A stretch of 52,548 nt of DNA from a virus (Duplodnaviria; Caudoviricetes), in the IMG/VR virus record IMGVR_UViG_3300025000_000022, positions 1 through 52,548 of that record. One strand, written 5' to 3'. Within the stretch, counting starts at the first letter, position 1, and the number at the start of each line of letters is the position of its first letter. Below the pieces are notes generated by a model. It did no database searches and had not been told where the DNA came from. It saw nothing but the letters and a program-made list of their open reading frames with translations. Made by a program: the position numbers and the translations under genes. Below, one piece after another: positions 1 to 8,400 of the stretch.

Positions 1-149
1 CTAAAGGATAGTCGTTGAACCTTTCTCTAATATATTAGAGACTTGGCTGCGGATTACTCAATCTTTTAATATATTAAAAGCTCTAAGAGCTTCCCCGACA
101 ATTAAAGAAGATTCATATATATGTCACCACATATATGGGCATTTAGTTT
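1..149 (-). ncRNA. Group I intron (5' part, truncated by window edge) inserted after D-Y-D-G in the beta'-like RNAP gene
   Basis: The minus strand begins AAACTAAATGCCCATATATGTGGTGAC right after exon ...GATGGT (ends in U; P1 GGU|A pairs with UGCC). It contains Q-like AATCCGCAGC and R-like TTCAACGACTA, and is nearly identical to the 5' part of the intron at 51306-52079. Confidence 0.88.
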
Positions 150-158
150 ACCATCATA
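150..158 (-). CDS. rpoC: 9-nt micro-exon (TAT GAT GGT = Y-D-G) of the beta'-like RNAP subunit, part of the catalytic DxDGD motif
   Basis: Joined to the upstream exon end GGT GGG GAT it gives LGGD-YDG, matching NADFDGD. Group I introns flank it on both sides. Confidence 0.85.
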
Positions 159-533
159 TATTTTACCTATATTTTCATATAGAATGGACTATCTTATCAC
201 CATACAGATAATAGAAAGTATTATCTGATTAGGGTCCTGTGCTTCCCAACCAGCCCGCAAACTGGTTAGTACCTCTAATCACTTATATTATATAAGTTTT
301 CAATTAGTCTCTATATTCCTATGAATTAAGATTAATTCATAAAAACACGGTATTACCAAGCTAACCATATTTCAGGTCCTTAGGGTCTCTTACGAAGCAT
401 ATTCGTCGGCTGTCAAATACCGCTTATTTCCGCTTCTACCGTTAGCAAGAGTTAAACTCTCACACCGCTTGTTAGGCGTTCACAGGATTTTTTACTATGC
501 CGTTTCCAACATAGGGGGACCATGATTGATCAA
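159..533 (-). ncRNA. Group I intron (IA-like, different family from the other four), no ORF, apparent terminal A
   Basis: P1 GGGGAU/GUCCCC; P2 with GAAA loop; P3 UCCUGUG/CACAGGA; P7 GAGACUA/UAGUCC; P7.1 and P7.2 hairpins; P9 CUAUAU-GAAA-AUAUAG; P10 AUCAUG pairing with exon UAUGAU. Confidence 0.88.
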
Positions 534-1218
534 ATCCCCACCGAGACCTGTTAAATACAGGTTTGACATTGTTACTGTATCAGCAAAGGCAACAGAAACT
601 TTATCTTTAGGCATTTTAATATATATTTTAGGGTAGTGCTCATATACCCTAGAACCAACAAACATAGGTATAGTTTCATGTGTTGATAAAACATGTATTT
701 TATTAGGAAAGGTACCGAAGTAATCTAAAACAGGGTATCTTGTTATATATACATGTTTATCAGAAGTAATTTCAACTGCTGCTTGATATAAAATATCACA
801 CCACGTAGCAGGTCTTTGAACTAAAGGTGATTCTGTTTCAGGAACACCTTTAATAAATTCTCTACCAATAAAGCTTAAATAAATATTTTTATCATATTTA
901 GGATCATCTACCGGTAATTTAATTTTTTCAAATCTATCACCATAACTAGATATAAATCTATTAATTTGTTTCTCAATATATTCATCATTAAAATATAATT
1001 CAGGAGATTTTAATTTAACATAAATAATTTCTTCTGTCTTTAATCTAACGGGATATTTCATATAAAGTCGTTCTAATTCTCTTTGAAAAAATCTTTTTAC
1101 CCATGAAATCATATATGGTGTACATAATGAACAGCATTGTGATAAGGGAATACCACAATTATAAAAATCAACTTTCATTTCTTCTGATTTATTTGCTTTG
1201 AATATTGGTGCTGAAATT
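534..1218 (-). CDS. rpoC: Exon 2 of phage RNA polymerase beta'-like subunit
   Basis: Reads (V)ISAPIF...GIPL...ITRYPVL (compare NRAPTL)...LTGLGGD, and is in frame with exon 1 after removing 1219-1596. Confidence 0.9.
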
Positions 1219-1596
1219 CGTTGTATTCACATAGATCGTTAATCTATGCAGTTCTCTTATGAACTTCCCTAGTTTTCACTAGGATACTAGACTATATCTT
1301 CATCATTTGATGGTTCCCTGTTTCGATTTAAGGGATTCTCACCCACTCACTTAAGCCCTACTCTACTCACTTTATTTACCAATATTTATTTTAATGGTAA
1401 ACAAGTTTTTGATAGTCGTTGAACTTTATTCCTCAATAATATTATAGGAATCTTAGCTGCGGATAACCCAATCTATTACCTTGTTACCATATCTAAGGCA
1501 TTACCCTTCGCCACTAATATATTACTATATTAGTTTGGTAGTAAGAGATTTAAAAGGCTTCCCCGACAATTAAAGAATCACGTGCATTGTAATTTT
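1219..1596 (-). ncRNA. Group I intron (IA-like), no ORF, inside the RSV|ISAP motif of beta'
   Basis: The 5' exon ends AGTGT and pairs with IGS GCAC; P10 AAATT/AATTT; R TTCAACGACTA; S GAAGATATAGTCT; ends ...ACAACG. Splicing restores GTA ATT TCA GCA CCA (V-I-S-A-P). Confidence 0.92.
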
Positions 1597-2315
1597 ACAC
1601 TCCTAACACCAAAATCTATTGATTTACCTAATAATGATTTACGAATCAATCCTTGTTTCTTTTCTATCTTACCTTTAAGTAAATCATAAATTTCAACAAG
1701 AGTTTCTTGAATTTTAGATTTAGTTGTATTTAAAACAAAATCAAAACTATTGCTGTTATTTAACATGGAAGCAAATCTAATTAATTTAGCATATTTATCA
1801 TTAATTTCATGATGAGATACTCTTCCTTCAGATGCAAATTGTAAATTCACATCTCTAAAAAAAGCAGGCATAACAACCCAATATTTAGTAAATAAAACAT
1901 CTTTTCCATATGAATCTAAAACAGAAATTCTTTCATTTCTCATCATACTATTATTTCTTTTAAAATTAAATTTATCCCAATTTTTATATAAGAATTCTAT
2001 TCCACTTTCACCATTTTCATCTTCAATTAATTCTCCATCTTTGATTATAAAATTTACATTACCATAAACAGCAGATTCAAATTTCCTATTCATTCTTTTT
2101 AATGTCTTAAATATAAAAGGATGTAAAAAATGTCCATGTAAATCTATATAAGCATATGTTTCTTTTCTATCTCTAGCAGAAACTCCAAATATATCTGTTG
2201 ACAATAATCCATCAACAGTTGGAATATTCCCTTTTTCAAATAGAATTAAATTAGTTACTTCTCTTAGATTATTCACTTCAATAAATTTTTTAGTATCATA
2301 TAATTCTATTTGCAT
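1597..2315 (-). CDS. rpoC: Exon 1 of phage RNA polymerase beta'-like subunit
   Basis: GLLSTDIFG, YAYIDL..HFLHP and KKQGLIRKSLLGKSIDFGVRSV match conserved RpoC motifs (GLFCxxIFG, GHIEL, [23 protein letters not shown]). Confidence 0.93.
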
Positions 2316-2686
2316 CCATATAACAACTCCTCTCTTAATATATTATTATTTTCTATTGTTATATTGATATTTTTAATACCTTTTATAACATTGAAAATAA
2401 AATAATCTTTGTATTTAAAACTAGATTTACTATTAACTTCATTATTGAATGTATTAAAAAATTTATCTCTTTCTTTTTTTGTTTTAAATGAAATATATAT
2501 ATATAATTTTGTTGACTCTTCTTGACATTTAATATCTAGTATATTCTTTAAGCTAATATTGTCTATAATATAATAAAAATATTTGAATTTCTCATAATGT
2601 CTATTAATAATATTTTCAAATAATGAACAATCAGCCAACTCATTACGAGTAAGCTGATTGAATACATAGATAATGTCATTTAACAT
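2306..2686 (-). CDS. Hypothetical protein overlapping the beta' start
   Basis: 126-aa ORF with AAAGGGG RBS; its stop overlaps the start of the next gene. Confidence 0.7.
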   Translation of the reverse strand: MLNDIIYVFNQLTRNELADCSLFENIINRHYEKFKYFYYIIDNISLKNILDIKCQEESTKLYIYISFKTKKERDKFFNTFNNEVNSKSSFKYKDYFIFNVIKGIKNINITIENNNILREELLYGCK

Positions 2687-2732
2687 AATACCAATAAACC
2701 CCTTTCAAAAGGTTTATATCAACAGGATGGGG

Positions 2733-2942
2733 TTATTTTCTTAAGAGCATTTGTCGAGCTTGTTCTTGTTTCATTTTAGCAGCTTCGACTTCTCTTTCTT
2801 TTTCAATTTCTTCTTTTTCTTTTTTTAACCTTTTAACTCTAGTGTCTCTTAATAAAAGGGCTTCTTTATATGACATACCATATTTAATATAATCAGTATC
2901 AAGTTGCCCTTTAAATAATTCTAACATCTCATCAAGAAACAC
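2733..2942 (-). CDS. Small baseplate/tail assembly chaperone-like ORF, possibly a -1 frameshift extension of the upstream gene
   Basis: GTG start with no obvious RBS; the frame stays open upstream into the 3' end of 2954-4465. Confidence 0.55.
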   Translation of the reverse strand: MFLDEMLELFKGQLDTDYIKYGMSYKEALLLRDTRVKRLKKEKEEIEKEREVEAAKMKQEQARQMLLRK

Positions 2943-2953
2943 ATAGAATTGTT

Positions 2954-4465
2954 CTATTCTATTTTGGTAGTCATCGCCTGTTGATATTTGAGAAAAAGTA
3001 TTTCTTCTAATTCCATATTAACTGTATTGTTATGGTGTTTACAATTAGGACATGTTATATCCATTAAACCAAATTCAAACCCATCCATAAATGAATCAGC
3101 TTGTTTGCTTAATATTAAAATATCCGTATTCCCTAAAGAAAATATAATTTTAGTTATATCTGTAACTGAATCAAATTCAAAGTATTCATCTAATGTACTA
3201 TCATCAGGAATAAAAATCTTATTAACAACTGATGATAAAACAGATGCTTGATTATATTTACTATCTTTATTATCAGATAATTCTTTAATAGATTTATTAA
3301 TATAATCATATACTGATTGAATATACATTTGGGCAATAAATTTACTTTCAGGTAATCTAATAGATTTAATTTGAGAAAAAGCACTATTTTTATGTTTATT
3401 TTTAGCTGTTTCTAAACTAAGGGAAGAATCAACAATAGAAGCCACCTCTAATTTGAGTTTTTCACTCATTTTTTCAGCTCTAATTAAAGATTTAATAGAA
3501 TATCTATGCTCAAAATCTTTATCACATTTTTCACATTTTAGTGGAATAATATCATCATTTGGATATGTTGCACATAAAATACCATAAATAAACATATTAT
3601 AATCTAATGCAGCAGTTTTTATTAGAAAATCCTCATAAGATAATTTACCAATACTTGTTGACTCAACTTTACTATGAATCAATGACCATTTTGTTTGAGC
3701 ATCAACAAGAGCATTTTTAGTATCAGCCATTAAAGACATTAATTCATATGCTGAACAACCCTTCATCATAGCGGTATAACCAGAATTTACTGCTACAATT
3801 GGTGTTGTATGGATATTGACAAATTTCTTAAGTATTGTATCAATTTTACCTTTTTTCTTTTTAGTTTTAAGAATTTGTAAGTCAATAGTTTCAATTTCTT
3901 CGAGTTTAATTTTCTTTACTTTTTCTAATTTTTCTCTTTCTTCCTCAGTAAAGTTAATAATACTACCCATACCTGTTTTATCAATAATGACAACAGCTTC
4001 AGAATAAATTCTATTAAATTCATCTTCCGTCATCCCATCAGATTTTTCTTCTTCATTCTCATCATCAACTGACTCTTGTTTATTTTTAATTTCTTCTTTA
4101 ACTTCATTAATAGTTTCATCATATTCTTTCATATATTCATCTAGATTGTTTAGGGTATCAGGTAATAATCCTGGACTTATTGGTTTATTGGGAACTTCTT
4201 CTCTAATATCACCTTTATCAATTAATAATCCAGGACCAATATATTCATTATTTTCTACTTGAATATTGTTTGATAGATTTATAGAATCAGTTGGTAAAAT
4301 AGGTTCACTATTTTTTTCAGATTCATTAGTTCCTATATTTTTCATCCAATCATTTCCAACAACTTTAGTTAATTCATCTGTAGAGTCTTCTTGTTTTAAA
4401 TTATTTTGATTCTCTTTAACAATTGACTTTAAATCAATACCATCATCAAATTTAATTTCATCCAT
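2954..4465 (-). CDS. Baseplate hub / tail assembly chaperone-like protein (T4 gp26/gp51-type C-terminus, acidic N-terminus)
   Basis: Two CxxC pairs (CEKC, CPNC) with typical spacing; adjacent to a gp25-like gene. Confidence 0.6.
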   Translation of the reverse strand: MDEIKFDDGIDLKSIVKENQNNLKQEDSTDELTKVVGNDWMKNIGTNESEKNSEPILPTDSINLSNNIQVENNEYIGPGLLIDKGDIREEVPNKPISPGLLPDTLNNLDEYMKEYDETINEVKEEIKNKQESVDDENEEEKSDGMTEDEFNRIYSEAVVIIDKTGMGSIINFTEEEREKLEKVKKIKLEEIETIDLQILKTKKKKGKIDTILKKFVNIHTTPIVAVNSGYTAMMKGCSAYELMSLMADTKNALVDAQTKWSLIHSKVESTSIGKLSYEDFLIKTAALDYNMFIYGILCATYPNDDIIPLKCEKCDKDFEHRYSIKSLIRAEKMSEKLKLEVASIVDSSLSLETAKNKHKNSAFSQIKSIRLPESKFIAQMYIQSVYDYINKSIKELSDNKDSKYNQASVLSSVVNKIFIPDDSTLDEYFEFDSVTDITKIIFSLGNTDILILSKQADSFMDGFEFGLMDITCPNCKHHNNTVNMELEEILFLKYQQAMTTKIE

Positions 4466-4483
4466 TTTATTACCTTCCTCCTT

Positions 4484-4903
4484 TTATATATTATTAATAC
4501 CTTCTTCAATATTATAATTAAAGAGTATATCACCAGAGTTATTTTTAGTAAAACCGAGAAGTAATGTAGTATTATCTGTTAATATTGGGATAGAAACCAT
4601 TAAAATACCTTGGCCTTTATAATCAGCAACAAATACTTTTACTTCACCCATATTTAAATAAGGTATTAAAGCTGGACATTGTTTATATATATTTTCTTTA
4701 AGACCATCAACATCAATACCATCTTCAAGATTATATAGATACTGTTTTATATTTATACCTATATGTGGTAAACTTGGTATATTACCAGGTCTCATAAAAA
4801 ATAAATTAATTATAATTTGAGCAATTGATTGATTAATACTAAGAACTCTTTGTCTTTGAAAATTATCTAATCCGAAATCAACTTCCTTTTTAAAATTAGC
4901 CAT
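4484..4903 (-). CDS. gp25-like baseplate wedge / sheath initiator
   Basis: SIAQIIINLFFMRPGNIPSLPHIGINIKQYLY resembles the GPW/gp25 signature (IxNILxTxxGERxxxPxFG). Confidence 0.7.
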   Translation of the reverse strand: MANFKKEVDFGLDNFQRQRVLSINQSIAQIIINLFFMRPGNIPSLPHIGINIKQYLYNLEDGIDVDGLKENIYKQCPALIPYLNMGEVKVFVADYKGQGILMVSIPILTDNTTLLLGFTKNNSGDILFNYNIEEGINNI

Positions 4904-5009
4904 AATATATAAAAACCACCACCTTAAAATAATAAATGAATATTAATGAAATGTATTATAAGTAAATTAATAATATCTATAAAACAATAATTTAAAAAAA
5001 TATAAAGGA

Positions 5010-5411
5010 GTGACTAAAATGAATCAATTAGTAGAAATTTTATCTATATTGTCAGTGTTATCAGTTTTAATATTAGCTATAGTTCTTTTTCATCCAAATA
5101 ATAAAAAACAAAATATTATCAATAATATTCAAGATTTAGATATTTTAATGAATATTATTGATAATACTATAAAAAGAATATTTTTAGAAAAATATAAATT
5201 AGAATATGAATTAAAAGATATGAGGATGATTTATGATTTTAAAAAAGATTTAAATGAATTAGTATATAAAGTTGTAATGTCATTCAATAAACCTTTTATG
5301 AAAAGTCTTCAATATTATTATACTGAAACTTATATAATAAGTTATATAACTAAAACTATTGAAATGATGTTAATGGACTTTATAAAAGAAAAAAAATTAA
5401 AATTCAAGTAG
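5010..5411 (+). CDS. Hypothetical protein with N-terminal transmembrane helix
   Basis: Hydrophobic ILSILSVLSVLILAIVLF; AAGGAG RBS; AACA-N6-TA motif at 4983-4994. Confidence 0.75.
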   Translation: MTKMNQLVEILSILSVLSVLILAIVLFHPNNKKQNIINNIQDLDILMNIIDNTIKRIFLEKYKLEYELKDMRMIYDFKKDLNELVYKVVMSFNKPFMKSLQYYYTETYIISYITKTIEMMLMDFIKEKKLKFK

Positions 5412-5438
5412 ATATAATAATCTACTTGAATTTTTTTT
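5401..5438 (+). terminator. Intrinsic terminator
   Basis: AATTCAAGTAGAT...ATCTACTTGAATT hairpin followed by a T-run. Confidence 0.75.
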
Positions 5439-5494
5439 ATTTATTTATATTTTGTATATATAAGTAACAATTAATTAATAGAGTAATAGAAAGG

Positions 5495-8400
5495 TTGTGT
5501 TTAAAATTGATTAAGTGTATTATATGTAATGACAAATTTAATCATATTGAAGACTTGTATGAACATTTTGAAGATGAACATAATGAAAGTATACCTAAAA
5601 ATTTCACTCCAGCTCAATATATATATTTTTTAAAAACAGGTAAAGATAAAGGTAAATGTATTGTATGTAAAAGACCAACTAAATGGAATGAAGTTACTAA
5701 TAAATATTTAAGATTTTGCCCATTAATGCAATGCAAAGATAAGTATAGAGAATTATTTAAAGAAAGAATGATTGGTAAGTATGGTAAAATACATTTATTA
5801 AATAGTCCTGAACAACAAAAAAAGATGTTAGCTAATAGAAAGATATCAGGTGAATATATTTGGTCTGATGGAACTAAAAAAACATATACTGGTTCATATG
5901 AATTAGATCTATTAAAATTTTTAGATATATTTTTAAGATTTAGTTCAGAAGATGTAATGACACCATCACCTCATGTATATTATTATGAATATGAAGGTGA
6001 AGAAAAATTTTATATACCCGATGCGTTTATACCATCTTTGAATTTAGAAATAGAGGTAAAAACTGGCAAAGATAATGAAAATAATCATCCTAAGATCCAA
6101 GCTGTAGATAAAGTTAAAGAAAGATTAAAAGATAAAGTGTTAATGAGTCAATCAACCTTTAATTATATAAAGCTTACTAATAAGAATTATGACGCTTTAT
6201 TTGAATTTTTGAAACAAGCTAAAGAAAGATTTATTGAATCAAATGGTGAAGATAATAAACCTATATTTGTTTTAATGGAGTCTTATGAAAATATTATTGA
6301 TGTTGATATCATAATGGAGGTTGAATATCACCGTGCATTAAGAATATTAGGTGATACAAAAGATAAAGAAAAATTAGGACCAAGAGAATTTTATAATAAA
6401 GTAGCTTTTAGATATATTTATAAAGTTGGTAATAAAAATGCTGGATTCATTGAAGTAAAAGTTAAAAAAGGTTACGCTTTCTTTAATATATTCATTAAAG
6501 AAGAATTTCGTGGTAAAGGTATATCACACGCTTTAATGAATGAGGGTCTTGAATTTTGTCATCGTTCTAAAAGAGATATAAATACAATGGTTTTAAATAT
6601 AAAAAAAACTAATAATATTTCTATTAAATTGGCTAAAAAATATGGATTTAAAGAACAAAAAAGTGATAAAGTTAATAAAACTCATATTAGGTTTATTAAA
6701 CTTGTTGGAGAATTTGTTAAAGAATCATTTATAAAAGAAAATAAAGATGAAAAAGCTATTGATCTCAGCTATGATATAAGACCAGATTCTGATTATAATT
6801 CTGAACAATTAAAGATTGGTATAGAAATTGAACAGGAACACACTAAAAATTTAGATAAAGCTAGAATGATTGCTAAAGATCATTTAGATGAAATTCCTGA
6901 TTATTATAGCAGATTAGTTAAAATGGAAAAAGAAGCTGAGGGAGAGAAAGATATTATTAGTAAAGAATCATTTTTTAATGCAGATGAATTAAAAAATATT
7001 AAGATTAAAGTACCTATTATAACTTTCCCAAAAAAAGAATGGAGTAGTATAAAGAAAAGACTTAATTCTGGTAAAGTTGTTTATACTATTCGTGTATATG
7101 TTGAAAGACATAAATATGTAGAAAACAATGTTTATCAAACTGAGTGGGGAACCGCTGTACAAGTTATTAGTGTTAATGAAATAAAAAGTATAAATGAATA
7201 TGAATTTAAAGAATATTTAGATGATGAGATGAAAAAGGATATTGGTGGTGCTAGAAAATTAGAAGTTATAGCTTTAAAGAAAATAAATGATTCATACATC
7301 TCTGAAACATATTATAAAGTTAAAGATTCAAAAATATCTGGTAAAGGTATATTTGCAAATAAAAATGTTGATGTTAATACCAAATTATTAGCTATAAAAA
7401 AAGTTGATAATACTGGTAATCCAGATAAAGATTATGAACGAACTAAAGCCGGTCAATTCGTTAATCATTCAAATAATCCTAATTTAGTATTAGTTCAAGC
7501 TATTAGAAATGGGAAGAAAGTTTATTTCTATAAATCTAAAGATAAAATTAAAAAAGGTGAAGAATTAACTATAGATTATAGACAATTTGATTTTGAGGGT
7601 AAAAGAGATTTTGTAAAAGAATCTTCTTTTATTAAAAATATACCCGATGCTATAAATAAGGAAACAAAAATATATTTTGCAATAACTAAAGATGAGATAA
7701 AATTGGATAAATTAGTTTATACTAGTGATAATAAAAATAAAGTCATTAATATGTCTATAAATAATATGATTAAATCTATTATAGAACAAAAACTAGAAAA
7801 TTTATTAACTCATTATGTTGAAATCCCCGTTTCATCAACTTCAGAAATTAAAATAAATACTAATATAATTTCTGATGATAAATTTGATTTTACATCAATA
7901 GATACTCCTTTTACTATAGATCTAAAAAAATATCCTATACGTGAAATTATTTATGATAACTTAACTGAATCATATAATAATAATTTATATCCTGTATTTA
8001 TACTATTAACTTTTACTAATACTAATATGGCTAAAGCTATTAAGTTTGTTACTGGTGAACCGTATAGTCATGTAAGTATTTCTTTTGATAGTAGTATGAA
8101 TGATATGTATAGCTTTGGTAGAAAATTTAAAGATTCTAATATGACTTTTATTAATGAAGATATAAAAGATGGATTATTTAAAGATGTTATTAAAGATACA
8201 ATTTATTCATTATATGTAATATTTGTTACTAAAGAACAAAAAGAATTAATGATAAATAAATTAGAAGAGTTTAAAAAGAAAAAAGACAAATTAAAATTTA
8301 ATTTTATTGGATTATTTAATATATCTATCGGTAAAGAAACTGACAGACAAAATGAATATTTTTGTAGTCAATTTGTAGCTGAGATATTAAAAGCTTCTAA

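Noticed and set aside
495-533. ORF-track C-terminal tails LINHGPPMLETA, KLQCT (1578-1596) and KLNAHICGDIYMNLL (52032-52079)
   Set aside because: These are read-through into intron sequence, so the RNAP genes are interrupted, not pseudogenes.
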